The notes below the pieces were generated by a model. That model was not told the DNA's origin, made no database searches, and saw only the letters and a program-made list of their open reading frames with translations. Both the position numbers and the translations under genes were made by a program. A stretch of 64,000 nt of DNA from Callorhinchus milii (lineage: Eukaryota). The stretch is taken from positions 41,108,001-41,172,000 of the forward strand of contig NW_024704743.1 in NCBI RefSeq assembly GCF_018977255.1, given 5' to 3'. Positions 12,750 through 26,235 of this stretch are shown here, one piece after another (position 1 is the first letter of the stretch; every line of letters begins with the position of its first letter).

Positions 12750-13205
12750 AGACGAAACTCCGCTCCCCGATCATCCCAGTCCTTGCCAGACTGCACTGGC
12801 TGCCTGTCCCAGAGAGGATCGACTTCAAGATCCTCACCCTTGTATTCAAGTCCCTGCACTCTCTGCACGCCCCTACCTTTCTGAACTCCTCTCTCCTCAA
12901 AACAGCACCCATTGCCTTCGTTCCTCCGGGTCTGGCCTCCTCCTTGTCCCGCGAGTCCTCCGCTCCACCCTCGGGGCCGTGCTGTCAGCCACTTTGCCCA
13001 ATGGCTCTGGAACTGCCTTCCTCACTCCCTTCGCTTCACTCCCTCCCTTCCCATTTTCAGGTCTCAGCTGAAGACCTTCTTTTCGACCGCGCCTTTGGTC
13101 ACCTTCCCCCCCTGCCCCTGGCTCGGTCCCGGGATCCTAAACTGTAAAGTGCTCTGAGACGCCGTCTGCCATGGAGGGCGCTATAAAAATCCAAGTTGTT
13201 GTTGT
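12750..13205 (+). mobile_element. L2 3' fragment (ATCCAAG-(TTG)n subfamily)
   Basis: LARLHWLPVPERIDFKIL frame, tail GGAGGGCGCTATAAAAATCCAAGTTGTTGTTG. Confidence 0.92.
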
Positions 13206-14119
13206 AGACAGTATATTTACACACTGGACTATTGAAGGAGTTCGCTATTCTTTGTTTAAAGTGAAAAGAATGGTGCTTTGATTGCTCACCATGTTTATGA
13301 CAGTCAAGCTGCAATGTGATTAACACAGGAATATACTTTAAAGTATTGTCACTTTAAATTTAATTCAATAAATTGTGCATTTTAATACCTCAGCAATAGA
13401 AATGGATTGATCAGTTTTGCTGTGTACAGTCGATTTTATCAAAACATGCTGTGCTCTTAGAACAAATTGGTGGTGCCTCATATTTGTGCTCTGTATTGCA
13501 GGCTGGATTATAATACAGGATTAGAGTCTCAGCCTCAGTTTCCCCCAATGGAAAACTCCAACCAAAATATCAGGAGTCGCTTCAAGCGGAAAGCTGCAGC
13601 ACCAGTTGACAGAAAGGAAAGTGTCAGCAGAGGTTTCATTACAGGCCATAGCTCAATATCTCCTGCCAACCGACTGCATAACGCCAATGATTAAGGTCAT
13701 TGTTATGCTGCGGGCGCCCTCCTGCCCATTCAGCCAGAATCCAGGTTATGTGACCAGGCGGTTGTGACTGGGGAAGAATGTGACTTGCAAATAGCACAAA
13801 GTTAAAAAGTGGGGCTTCTGCTTGGTTTCAACTGAGAGTTCCAATTAAGTGGCATCAATCATCGTTCAGTTGTTTGTAAACTCATTGCTGCCAGTTTGAT
13901 GGCAAGGTAGTTCACATGACTGCTGAATTAAATGATTTAGCGCCCTGTGGAAAACCACGTTATGAATATATTGCATTTGGTTCAATTGTAGTATTGTCAA
14001 AACTACACTGTCAAACAAATAGGAAAGTGAGTAGAATATTGGTCACAATGTGGGATTGCACCATCATAAAATGCAATTACAGCTAATTAGATGTTAGACA
14101 AATTAGGAAAATTTTGAGA

Positions 14120-14356
14120 CTGATCAGTTAGTTGTTAGTCAATTAGCGTATTGCTTTCCAGGATTACTAATGCCTCCAAAAAAGTTTTATCACTTAATCC
14201 ACGACTATTTGTGGGACACTGCTATGCACAATTGGCTGCTGTCTTTCTTCCACAAAATACATAGTCACTACACTTTACAGTATATTCTGTGAAGCAGTTT
14301 GAGATGTCTTAATCACGTGATAAGGGTTATATCAAATGCAAAGATTATTATTATTA
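14120..14356 (+). mobile_element. tRNA-derived SINE, long form, 3' part
   Basis: TTTGTGGGACACTGCTATGCACAATTGGCTGC...ATCAAATGCAAAGATTATTATT. Confidence 0.8.
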
Positions 14357-14399
14357 AGAAACACTATTGATTATTAGGTGAAACAGAGTTCGCAATGAA

Positions 14400-14620
14400 G
14401 ATTTTCAGCTGCTGCCAATTAAGGGATGGATGCAGGTAGTGGGATTGGGAGTAAGCAGGTTGGAGAACCAGGGAGATCCCAGGGCATGAAGGGATTTGAA
14501 GACACGTGTGAGAATCTTGAAGTGTGGCAGAGGTGGAGGAAAGTGGTCTTGGTGAGGGATTAGATGTTGCGTAGGAAAATAACAGGTGACGCCTGATGCC
14601 TAGGTTGTATACCGGTTCAG
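14400..14620 (-). mobile_element. Degenerate L2 fragments
   Basis: CTGATGCCTAGGTTGTATACCGGTTCAG matches 23465-23492 (EPVRNLGI motif). Confidence 0.65.
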
Positions 14621-15249
14621 CGGTTTCAGTTCGGTCTGCACTTGCTGGTAGTAATATGTTAGACATATGTTCTTTTTCTGTTCATTTCTAGGCTTAACAA
14701 GCTCTCCAGAGAGAAAGCCGTGTCAGTTGCAAACATTTTTTTCTGCCCCAGTTCACCTGAATGATCTATGATGATCTTGTACAAATTGTTTATTGTAGTC
14801 TGCCTCATTTATCACCCATTAATGATCCATGGATTAAAAACAAAAGCTTTGGAATAGTTTAATAAGAATAAGGTGATGTGTTGCCTTATTTATGTAAAGG
14901 TGAAATGTCATCTTCAATAACAGACTCAACTGCCTGGGATTTCCATAATTTTATGCCACATTGTCAACTATCACAAATGTTTCATTTTGGAATTTTACGA
15001 ATTTCTTCCATTGTATTGGTTTCCCCACTTAGATCTCCGAAAACTCCCATAATGTGTCAAAAATAAACTTATACTTCTTTGGCTTGATGTAAGCCCCATT
15101 AATCACCATTAATAAACCACAATCATATGACAAGCCTCGAAATGCATCAATAATTCATTTTAATAAACTAATTGATTAACCATACTTGTTTGCATCATTT
15201 ACAGTGAAATTTCACTAACTTTCGTTCCCTTATTTTCCTTTATAGTATG

Positions 15250-15652
15250 TGAAGTGCTCTTAGAGAGCAGTATAAGGTGGACCTAGAGGCAGTGCAGAAG
15301 AGAGCAATAAGGATGATCCACATTGTCTCAGAGTTGACTTCATAAAGCAAGAGATCCGAAGTTTAGAGTTGCAAAGGTCAATTTAAGGAAAGATAACAGG
15401 ATGTTTTTCTTTACCTAGAAGTAAATTAATAACTGAAAAAAGATTACTAAGAAGATCGTTTGAGGCCCGGTTGCTGGACTCATTTAAAAAAAAAACAAGT
15501 TGATGCTTTGATGGTAGGACAGTTGGGTGGATATTCTGGAATGATGAGATCAGATGGACTGAAGGGCCTTTCTGATCTGAAATTGTAATCTTGTGAGATG
15601 TCCTCCTGATGTGAAAGGCACTATATAAATATCAAATTGGTGTTGTTGTTGT
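15250..15652 (+). mobile_element. Degenerate CR1 3' end followed by an L2 tail
   Basis: GATGGACTGAAGGGCCTT (CR1 3' hairpin region), then GTGAAAGGCACTATATAAAT...(TTG)n. Confidence 0.65.
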
Positions 15653-15837
15653 ACTTTGGAAATTTTGCCGAACATTAAGAGGCTGGGTGTGAAAATGTAA
15701 TGTTCACCAAGGAATTTTGAAACACCAGTTCCAACTTGATGTAAGCGAATTTTAAAATCACGAGATTAATGTGAAATGGCGAATAGTAAATTGAAGGTAA
15801 AAACCCAGCAAAGTCCAAAAACAGATGAGCAAGCAAA

Positions 15838-18236
15838 ACACAGCTATTCACCACAAGCATTTTTCTCACACTTTCTCCCACTTGACAGGAATTTGAACCC
15901 AAGCAGGGTTTTGGGATCAGGAGGGGTGGAAATTAGGGGTAATAGGGTGGGCAACTGTGCAGTCAAAGAGAAGGGTCCTGAGATGTGCCTTGAAGGAGAC
16001 AAGGGAGGGAGCAAGGTGAAGGGTCTGTGCAATGGAGTTCCAAAGGGTGGGGTCAGAGTGACTGAAGGCCCGCTCGCCAATGGTAGGGCAGGCCGAGTGG
16101 AGGTTTTGGAACAGTTTGGAGCCTGCTGAATGGAAAAGGAGGACAGGTTGATATGCCATTAGCAGGTCACAGAGATAGGAAGAATCAAGGCCATGTAAGG
16201 ATGAAGATTATGAACTCTATCCTCTGAGGAATGGGGAGCCAGTGAAGCCGAGCGAGGGTAGGGATGACAGTATCACGGAGCCTGGTGCAGGAGAGGACAT
16301 GAGCTGCAGAGTTCTAAATGATCTACAGCTTGTGGAGGGAAGAGTTGGAAGGTCCATTGGTGCAGAAGAGCCTAGATTTTGGCTCTCTCCTCTTTCTGAT
16401 CTACATGCTCCCTCTTGAGGTTGTCATCCGCAGACATGGGGTACATTTCCACATGTATGCGGGCAACATCCAACTCTATTTTTCCACCTCTCTTTGCGAC
16501 CCCCAGTCCCCTGATGTTCTGTCAGCCTGCCTGTCAGATCTCAGGTGCTGGATGAGCACAAATTTCCTTCAGCTGAACGTTGACAAGATGGAAGCCAACT
16601 CTTTGGCACACATCAACATCTAAAATCTCACGGCTCTCACCACCTCCACCTACTCGACCTCCCCCTAAAACTCTCCGAACCCATATGCAGACTCGGAGTC
16701 AGGTTCGACACCCAGTTATCCTTCCTGCCCCACATCCGATCCCTCATCAACACCACCTTCTTCCACCTCCAATGCAGTGCTCATCTCCGCCAATACCTCT
16801 CTCTGAAAGCCGCTGAAATCCTAGTCCATGCCTTTGTCACTTCTCGGCTGGACTACTCTAACGCCCTTCTCGCCGGTCTCCCATCCACTACCATCCATAA
16901 AATCCAGATCATTCAAAACTCTGCCGCCCGCATTCTCACCCGCACCAAACTCCACTCCCCGATCACCCCAGTCCTTACCAGATTGCACTGGCTGTCTGTC
17001 CCAGAGATGATCGACTTCAAGATCCTCATCTTGTAGTCAAATCCCTCCACTCCTCTGAACCCTCTACCTCTCTGACCTCCTCTCTCCTCAAAACAGTACC
17101 TGTTGCCTTCGTTCCTCTGGGTCTGGCCTCCTCCTCGTCCCCCGAGTCCTCCGCTCCACCCTCCGCGACCGTGCCTTCAGCTACTATGCCCCAAGGCTCT
17201 GGAATTTGCTTCCTCACTCCCTTCACCTTGCCCCTTCTCTTCCTATTTTCAAGTCCCTGCTGAAGACCTTTCTTTTCGCCCGCGCCTTTGGTCAACTTCC
17301 TCCCCATCCCCCTGGCTCAGACCCAGGATCCATTACTGTGAAGCGCTCTGAGACGCTATCTGGCATGGAGGGCGCTATATAAATCCAAGTTGTTGTTATT
17401 GTTGTAGATTTGATGAACACGTGAATGAGGGTTTCAGTGGCCTGAGGGGAATGGCAATGGCAGAGCTTGGCAATGATGCAAATGTGGGGGAAGGCAGAGC
17501 AGGTCATGGCATGAATGTGGTGTAGAAAGGACAGTTGAGCGTCAATCAAAACGCCTAGGTTCCGGACTGGCTCAATGAGGTGGAGTGTGCACCCATGGAT
17601 AGTCACGGTGTGGAGGCACTGATGGAAGACAATCAGGAAGAGCTTGTTGTCATTTGACTGGAGAAAGTTAGTTCTCATTCAGGACTTGATGTCTGACAGA
17701 CATTCTGTCAGGACAGCAGTGGTCTGGAGTCAAGGGTGGAGGTAGAGAAATAATGTTTGGTGTCATCTGCATACAGGTGGAGTTGACCCCATGTTTCCAG
17801 ATGATGTTACCAAGAAGGAGCATATACATGTTGAAGAGTTGAGGACAAAACCCTGAGGCATGCCACACATGGTGCAGGGGGTGAGGGAGAAGCTGTTTGT
17901 GGAGACAACAAGGAGATGGTGTGAAAGGTAGGATCTAAACCAGTGAAGGACAGGACCATGAAGGTTGAGGTGAGAGGAGAGGCAGTGGAGGAGGATAGAG
18001 TAGTCAACATTGTCAAAGGCAGCAGATACATCAAGAAGGATGAGAAAACAGAGGGAGGCCTGATCACAGATGGCCAAAATCTAATTTGTCTCTTTGACCA
18101 AGGCTGTTTTTAAGTTGTCAGCAAACAGAAAACTGATTGGAGGCATTTGTATAGCGAGTGGTGGGAGAGGAACAAGTGAAGCTGGGAAGCAACAACTCAT
18201 TCCAGGATCTTGGATAGAAAAGGGTGGTTGGAAATG
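15838..18236 (-). mobile_element. Older L2, split into 15838-16379 and 17405-18236 by a younger L2
   Basis: ORFs 17763-18077 (LLDVSAAFD), 17292-17678 (EPVRNLGV...TETLIHVFIKS) and 15917-16159 (TIGERAFS). The frame joins across the insertion. Confidence 0.88.
16380..17404 (+). mobile_element. Younger L2 inserted antisense into an older L2, 7-bp TSD TAGATTT
   Basis: RT remnant (LLFLIYMLPL...HMYAGNIQLY) through the ATCCAAG(TTG)n tail. TAGATTT at 16373-16379 and 17405-17411. Confidence 0.9.
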
Positions 18237-19039
18237 CGAATTATGAAATATCTGACATTCAGTGGCATTTCAACATTAATGATTTATGGTTTCTTAAAAA
18301 TTATATTTGAATTGAAATCTGTTTTGTCACATAAACACTACTGATAGTCATGCTAAAAAGGTAGGAATACGATTTGTTTACATCTGGAGAATATTTAAAG
18401 TTTGGTTACAGAGCAAGACTCCTGGTTAATTTAGGCATGTTGCATTTCTTCAGATATCACTAAGATATTTAATTCTCTCGTTGCCACTGATGTAAGTTTG
18501 TACATCTTAGAAGCCAAAGGAAAGTACAGTGCTTGATCAGCACAATAATCAATGACCCTGTTTCCTGAGGCATGACTGAAAATCCATAATTTGAGGTTGG
18601 TTTACCTGTAAATCATTGCCACCTGGATTTATGGATGAAAACAGGTAAAAGACAACTAGTCGATAGGTCTGTCTCCACAAAATAGAGTTTGTGCATTTCT
18701 GATCTTTGCTTGTATTCTTCAACCCACAAGACCACATGAATGTTTGCAATGACACAATGTACGTTTGCTTAATTCATTTATAATCATGAAGAGATTGGAT
18801 TCTAAACTATGGTATTGGTAACAGAGAATCCACAAAAAAAAATTGTAAACATTGAATCCAAACAGTAACTGGAAGAGTATGACTCAGAACCACCAACAGA
18901 CCCATGGGATGTCTACTACAATTTGTTCAGTAAAAGACTGTGTCAGACTGGAGTTCCCATGAGTCACCAGGAGGCAACTCCAGTTACCATCAGGATTCAA
19001 TATTTATAAATCCTTTGGGATGCCTGTGGCAAAAACATA

Positions 19040-19411
19040 GTTTCAGCCTGCCTCAGTTGCTAGCATTCTTACTTTGGTGTTAGAAGGTTGTGAGTTCAAG
19101 CACTTTCAGAGATACTGTCCTCTGGATAAAACTCTGAAACAAGGACGTGTCTACCTGTTCAGGTGGACATTAAGGCACTATTTGAAAGAAGGGATGAGAG
19201 TTTCTCCTGGTGTCCTTGCCAACACTTGCCGCCAGGTAAAATTGGTCATTCAATTCGAAGCTGTTAAAGGAACATTGGCTTGCAAAGATTGGTTGCCAAG
19301 TTTCACTTAGAAATAGCACAGTCACTATACTTTACAATAATTCCTGTGAATTGCTTTAAGACATCTTGATGACATGGTAAGGCACTATATCAAATGCAAG
19401 GGATTATTATA
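19040..19411 (+). mobile_element. Deu-domain SINE, internally deleted
   Basis: tRNA-like head CTCAGTTGCTAGCA...AGAAGGTTGTGAGTTCAAG, core TGTTCAGGTGGAC...GGCACTATTTGAAAGAAG, L2-like tail. Confidence 0.75.
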
Positions 19412-21894
19412 TTTTAAACTCCATTGTATTGCTGACTATCAGAATGAGGGTGTGTTTGTTTACCTGAGGGTTCAGCAGCTTCTTGAAGTAAGGAATATAA
19501 AAATTGCATTAGTGCATCATGAGATTAAGTTGCTTCAGTGTGTTGCTCATGATGTAGTTTGTAGTTTTATGCTCAGTGTCGTGCATATGCCGTTGAACGA
19601 ATTTCAAAGAAACTGTGTCCTCTGGTAAGAGAGAAAACTCAAGCATGCATAGTATTTTTTGGTTCACTACTTATGCTTAAACTACTTATAGAATTTCAAA
19701 ACACAAATAGGTCATTCATTGGGAAATGGGTTGCTTGTCAAAGTGTGTTGGAGTTCGCACCTGCCATTTCATCTTTCTTTGACGCTTCCCCAAGATGGAA
19801 GCTTCCAGTCTCTAATAATTGTTAATGTTTTTAAGGTCATCTGCAGTCTAGGTGGAGCTTGATATTGCATTATTGAATTTGAATCACAGTTGCCATCTAG
19901 AAATGCCTGACATTGTCATGAGCTGCAAACAGATGAAGATAAATGTTCCATTTTGCCTGCGGCATCCTCGGTTCCTGGAGTAGGTGCAAGCTTAAGTTGT
20001 TTTGTTTGTATAAATACTTCACAAGCAAACCATCTGCATATTTATCTACACATTTCTGGATAACATTTGTCTTTCGCAAGTACACAGCAGAGCAGTAATG
20101 AGCAGATAGGACTTTGCCGCCAGCTGTACTATTTGTATTATGATACCTGGCCTCCAACAGATTCCCATTAAGGATTGTAAATACACTTATTTCAGTCCTA
20201 TGGGACTCATTGAGCTGTTTCCTTGATTATTTTATTAAATGGAACAAGTTTCCACAAATGCACTTTCAGAAAATAAATTTGCAAAGCCCCTGTGACCTTT
20301 GACATCTTTAAAGCTGCAGAAACAATACAGAAGACAAATGCTGAATCTTCCAATACCATTATGAGATTTGATCTTATAACTGTCTGTCAAAATTTATTCA
20401 AACAGCTTAACCGCCGTAACACAAAATGCCTTGTGGCACTATCTCTAGCAGGATATTTCAGCAGGAAAAATCTCACTAGTGTATTCTTCCTATTTTTTCC
20501 CCACTCTTAAATCTTCATCGCTGAGCAGATTGAAAGTCAAGATCTTGCCTATTGGTGTGAGAAGGGCGGGTTTCTCGGCAAAAAATGTTTTATGTTTTGG
20601 CGTTTTCTCAGTGGTAGCGTGACGCTCATATTTTCCCATAGACCCTTTTACCATATTTTCAGGACAACAAAATATTCATCATATTCATATTTCACCCTCA
20701 TTCCCATTAGGTTTTATAGATTTTTCATGCTGAGTTAATTCAGTATTCTGTGAAGTGGCATCAGACTCAATATCACATTGGCTGCAATAATGGGGTCTGT
20801 AAATGGCAACAAAATTAATACTGCTGAAATGTTTTTGACTGTCTTCTTCACAACCATTGTGCTGAAGGGATTACACCTATTGCCAGCCTTTAGTGAGGGA
20901 CTGCAAATTGGGATATTTCTTCACAAATTCAATGTGATTACAGTAAACCTGTTAAATAAAATTGCATTTTCCAACTCACGGCTTCATTGCATCCACAATC
21001 CCATCCCAACAGAGATCAAAACTATGACTATTTTACAAGTATGTAGATTTCACCAACTTGAGTATAAGATCACTCATATTGTGAAGGAGTTGGACACATT
21101 GCTCATTGTATTGTGTGAGTGAATAAGCACAAGCCAAAGTGGATCACCAGGAATCAAATGTCTCCTTCTCCCCTTCCATCATCTCTGGCTGTTCAATCAG
21201 GGGAAGTGAAAATAGCTCATCATCATTTATTTTAAATCTGGAAGAAGTGGTCAAAATTCCTTAGTTTTTCCTATCAGGTCCAATGGGTTCTAATACAAGG
21301 CATTTGGTAGGCTTGAATACAGTTCCAGGGGAATGTTACGAGATGTGAGAGCCTGAAAACAAAAAAATTATGTTCTAGCGTGCTAGGAGGAATGCACAAT
21401 AATTTTAATGAAATTGTCATTCTTGGCAAAAGAGGCTTTGGTTTGAGGACACTGATGAGAACATAAGGGCAGATTGAAGCAGGAGGAACTAGCAGGAGGT
21501 AACATAATGAGGGCAGCAAATGGAGCAGCATATGTATTGGAATATGGCAGATAGCCAGTCATCTTTGTTTAAAATTAATTTCCTGCAATTGTATTAAGTG
21601 ACAAATGAATATATTCATTGCATATTACCAATTGCTACAGCCGCAATGATGCTGTTATATTGGACTAAAAAAAACATAGCAGGAAAGAAAGAACCTAAAG
21701 GACATTGTCTACACTTTAGGGGTTAATAATTTTCACATTGTTTCCTACACAAAAAAAATGTCCGTGTTAACCCTGAATGAATGTGTTACCTCACTTGGGA
21801 GTTGTGGGGCAGGCCTAATACAAGGCAGAGCCAGAAATATCTTTCTGCCCACACTTATAGATTTGATATATATATATATTATATATAGATTTGA

Positions 21895-22195
21895 TAAATA
21901 AGCCTTGCATTTGATATTACACCTTTTCAGGTCATTGAGACATTTCAAAGCGCTTCACAGGATATACTTTAAAATGCTGGGAATGGTGTATTTTGTGGGT
22001 GAAAATGGCAGCCAGTGTACGCACAATAGCATCTCATCTGAAGGATAGCAACTCCAACGATGCAAAGCCCCATCCAGGGCTTCATTGAAACATTAGGTTA
22101 GTCCTTTATTCTAAGTTTAGTCATGATGTGGGGCTTGAACAGACAATCTTTTGAGTCAGAGGCGAGAGTGCTATCAACTGAGCCAGCCTGATGCA
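21895..22195 (-). mobile_element. Deu-domain SINE, degenerate
   Basis: Head seen on + as GTGGGGCTTGAAC...GAGTCAGAGGCGAGAGTGCTATCAACTGAGCC, core CATCTCATCTGAAGGATAGCA, tail CCTTGCATTTGAT. Confidence 0.75.
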
Positions 22196-22764
22196 CAACT
22201 AAAAACAAACATTTTAACCTGCTTTCAAAATATAATTGATTTGAAATGAAAGGGAACATTGTTATATAGGCAAACCCCAGCAATGTTCCTATAATATCCT
22301 ACATCACATCCACAATCTCCCATCACCACATTCGGATGTCTTTCCAAAGTAAAAGGTGATATATAAATGCAGTTTATTGTTTTTTGTTGTTTGGAACACA
22401 ACCAGTTAAATTCAATTCTGGGTAAATTTGGATTAGGATGGGATTACAACAACTTGCATTGATATAGCAGCCTTAGCTGGGACAACGTCTCAGAGCGTTA
22501 GAGCCCTGTTAACCAATATAATTGGGAGGAATACTTAACTACACAAACACCAACACTTTTACTTCTGAAGTTTGAATGCTTTGGATTAAATCAAAATGTA
22601 TAGTTGAACAGAAGCTAGATCGACCACCCGTATACCTTGAAATATCCTACTGAGGTGAAAGCAGCCCAGTGATTCACTTATCTAACTGAACTGACAAATT
22701 CTGACTATTACACCTTGTAAAGTACTCTGAACCAAATCATTGCAATAAAATACAAATTTACATT

Positions 22765-24650
22765 CAACAACAACAACAACTTGGATTTATATAGCGCCCT
22801 CTATGCTGGATGGCGTCTCAATGCAGTTTACAGTAACGGATACCGGGGGCGAGCCAGGGGAATGGGGAGGAAGGTGACCAAAGGCACAGTCAAAGAGAAA
22901 GGTCTTCAGCAGAGACCTAAAAATAGACAGAGAGGGAGTGAGACGAAAGGAGTGAGGAAGGGAATTACAGAGCCTCGGGGCATAGTGGTTGAAGGCACGG
23001 ACACCGAGGGTGGAGCGGAGGACTCAGGGGACAAGGAGGAGGCCAGACCCGGAGGAACGAAGGCAACCGGCACTGTTTTGAGGAGAGAGGTTAGAGAGGT
23101 GGGGGGTGCAGAGGAGTGGAGGGATTTGAATACAACGGTGAGGATCTTGAAATCGATCCTCTCTGGGACAGACAGCCAGTGCAGTCTGGCAAGGACTGGA
23201 GTGATCAGGGAATGTAGTTTGGTACGCGTGAGAATGCGGGCGGCAGAGTTTTGAATGATCTGGGTTTTATGAATGGTAGTGGATGAGAGACTGGTGAGGA
23301 GGGCATTAGAATATTCCAGTCGAGAGGTGACAAAGACATGGACTAGGGTTTCAACGGCTTTCAGAGAGAGGTATTGGCGGAAGCGAGCAATGCGTCGGAG
23401 GTGGAAGAAGGCGGTGTTGGTGAGGGACCAGATGTGGGGGAGAGAGGATAATTGGGGGTCGAACCTGATGCCTAGGTTGCGTACGGGTTCAGAGAGTTTT
23501 AGGGGGAGGACGGGAAGGTGGAGGAGGTGAGAGCCATGAGATTTTAGACGTTGACGAGTGCCAAAGAGTATGGCTTCCATCTTGTCAACATTCAGCTGAA
23601 GGAAATTTGGGCTCATGCAGCCTCTGAGGTCTGATAGGCAGACTGACAGAACATCAGGGGACTGGGGGTCGCAAAGAGAGGTGGAAAAATAGAGTTGGGT
23701 GTCGTACACGTACATGCGAAAATGTACCCCATGTCTGCGGATGACATCCCCAAAGCGGAGCATGTAGATCAGAAAGAGGAGGGGGCCAAGGATGGATCCT
23801 TGGAGTACCCCGCAGGTGACCGGGTGAGAGCGGGAGGAGAAGCTGTTTGTGTAGATGTACTGCTGGAAGTTTGTGAGGTACGACTCGAACCAGGCGAGTG
23901 CGGTCCCACTGAGGTGGATGTCGGAGGAAAGGCAGTGGAGCAGGATGACGTGATCGACTGTATCAAACGCCGCGGAGAGGTCCAGGAGGACAAGGAGGCA
24001 GAGGGAGCCCTGGTCACAGATAGAGAGGATGTCGTTTGTGACTTTCACAAGCACAGTCTCTGTACTGTGGGCGGAAACTGGACTGGAGGGGTTCGAAGAG
24101 GGAACGGGAGGAGAGGTGTGTGCAAAGTTGATTGGCAACAACATGTTCTAGGACTTTTGCGAGGAAGGACAGGTTAGAAATAGAGCAGTAGTGGCTGGGG
24201 TTTGAGGGATCTAGGGAAGGTTTCTTGAGGAGGGGGTGATGACAGCAGTTTTGAGGGAGGCAGGGGCTGATCCAGAGGAGAGGGACTGGTTGATAACGTC
24301 AGCCAGAAGTGGGCAGAGGAGGGGGAGTTGGGTGACCAGCAAGTTGGTGGGGAGGGGGTCGAGGCAGGAGGTGATGGTGGGTGAGAGGGAAGAGGGAGTG
24401 ATGGTGAGGAAGGAATGTAGGATGGGGTTGGTGGTAGGAGCAGATGATGGGGAGGGTGAGGGGGATAGAGAGGGCGTGGTGGTGGGTGACAAGAGGCAGG
24501 TAGATGAGGCTGCCTAGCGGATGATGTGTATTTTAGATGAAAAGAAGTCCATGACCTCCTCGCTTTTGGCATTGGATATGTAGATTGAGGAGGCTTGAGG
24601 GGGGGCACGGAGGAGGCAGTGGGTGGTGGAAAAGAGGATTTTAGGGTTGG
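22765..24650 (-). mobile_element. L2 LINE, 5'-truncated, near-continuous RT
   Basis: ORF 22906-24144, 412 aa: HSTETVLVKVTND, LDLSAAFDTVDH, QGSILGPLLF, YVYDTQL (mutated YADD), SRLEYSNALL. (CAA)n tail at 22765-22780. Confidence 0.95.
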
Positions 24651-25864
24651 GAAAAAAGGATTTTAGTGTTCATTTAGTGAGTGCTTTTCATGTTGGGCCA
24701 TGTGCTAATATTGATAATGTACAATGTCAGCCTTTTGGAGTAGAACATTGCAGTGCTTTTACTTGTATTGTTGGTTAGTGGCCTATTTAAGATGACTGAC
24801 ATGCCAACAGTTTTACCAAAACCATATTCCCCCAAAGAGCAGATCTAAGATTATTGCCGATCAATTGAATGTGAATTATTACCTTGAGGGGACAGAGACA
24901 GTTCAAGTGGTTGCTGGTCAATTGGGATAAGCTGTGGTTCTGAGGCAGTAAAGACTAGTCAAGTGAAATGAAAAGCCTCTGTGCTATGTATAAAACATAA
25001 GCCCAAAGACGATTAGCCTCCACAATCTTAATTTCCAGTCAGCAATTTGGGTCAAGTGAATTCCTGTTACTAATTTAGGAGAGGAACAGGTCAGGGCCTG
25101 GCCTCTCATAATGGTGAACCCATCATCGGAGGCTGAGTTCCCACTCAAGTAATACAAAGGTTTCCTTAATGTCCATCTCAATACAGACTATTGCCTACTA
25201 AGAGTGTCTATATTTCCAGAACCCTGATGTGACCAGAATCCAAACTTACAAAATTAGGTGCATAATAGAGTTAATACAGTACTTGATTGGGTATAACTTA
25301 ATTTACTTGTACTTTGATATGCTTGTACTTCTTAAATAAATCTAAACAGTGCTTGTCTGTCCCAGTGAAACATTTGTGTGTTTTGAGCATGACTGTGTTC
25401 CATAATAAAGCCATTTGTTTTAAAACCTCAATGGTTACCTCAGTGACTGTAATCTCCAAATTGTCCTTTAATACACATATACCATATAATTAGAAGTGAC
25501 AGCAAATCACTATGGTTTCCAAAACGCAAAATACTGCAGTTGCTGGCAATCTAAAACAAAAACAGAACTTGCTGGAAACACTCAGCAGGTCAGGCAGCAT
25601 CTATGAAGAAAGGAAAGTGAGTGAACGTATCAAGTCCACGACTCTACATCAGAACTGAGGCATGTTGGGGGGGAGAGACTTTAAGCGCTAACAGAGAGAG
25701 GGAGGCAGGGCAAGGAAGACAAAGGAGAAAATGGGATAGAGGACAGGGGATGATGGGTTAAAGACATGTTAATAATGCAAAACAAATGCTCCCCCTCATC
25801 TGTGACCATTACCACATCATCCGGTTCCCAGACACACCTTTTCTCTCTCTAGTCTGCCTCATTT

Positions 25865-25983
25865 GTTTTGCCCACAAATATACAGTCAATTCACTTTACA
25901 GCATATTCTATGAAGCGTTTTGAGACACCTAGAAGACGTGAAAAGCGCTATATCAAATGCAAGGATTATTATTATTATTATTG
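25865..25983 (+). mobile_element. tRNA-SINE 3' fragment inside the Penelope-like spacer
   Basis: GCCCACAAATATACAGTCAATTCAC...CAAATGCAAGGATTATTATT. Confidence 0.9.
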
Positions 25984-26177
25984 CAAATTTTCCCCCCTTT
26001 GTTTTGCTTTATTAACACCTCTATTCCCCTGCTTTGTTGCAATCCTCCGCTTTATTTCGCATCATTAACACTTTAACCCATCATCCCCTGTCGTCTACCC
26101 CATTTTCTCCTTTGTCTTCCTTGCCCTGCCTCCCCATTCTCTGTTAGCTCTTAAAAGCCTATCCCTCCCAACATGCT

Positions 26178-26235
26178 CCGTTCTGATGAAGGGTCGTGGA
26201 ACCGAAACATTGACTCACTTTCCCTTCTCCATAGA
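26178..26235 (+). ncRNA. Putative minimal hammerhead ribozyme, Penelope-associated, probably decayed
   Basis: CUGAUGA (26183-26189), short stem II GGGUC/GAACC with one mismatch, GAAAC (26204-26208). Confidence 0.5.

Noticed and set aside
18864..18990. Possible MITE with GTAACTGGA...TCCAGTTAC inverted ends; similar weak hairpin at about 30407-30473
   Set aside because: The inverted matches are short, with no TSD and no second copy in the window, so they cannot be told from chance.
19897..20157. 86-aa minus-strand ORF in unique sequence
   Set aside because: No recognisable domain and no clear splice or start context.
22906..24144. 412-aa ORF as a functional or domesticated RT gene
   Set aside because: The catalytic YADD is mutated to YVYD, both ends are frameshifted, and it sits in a truncated L2 with a tail.
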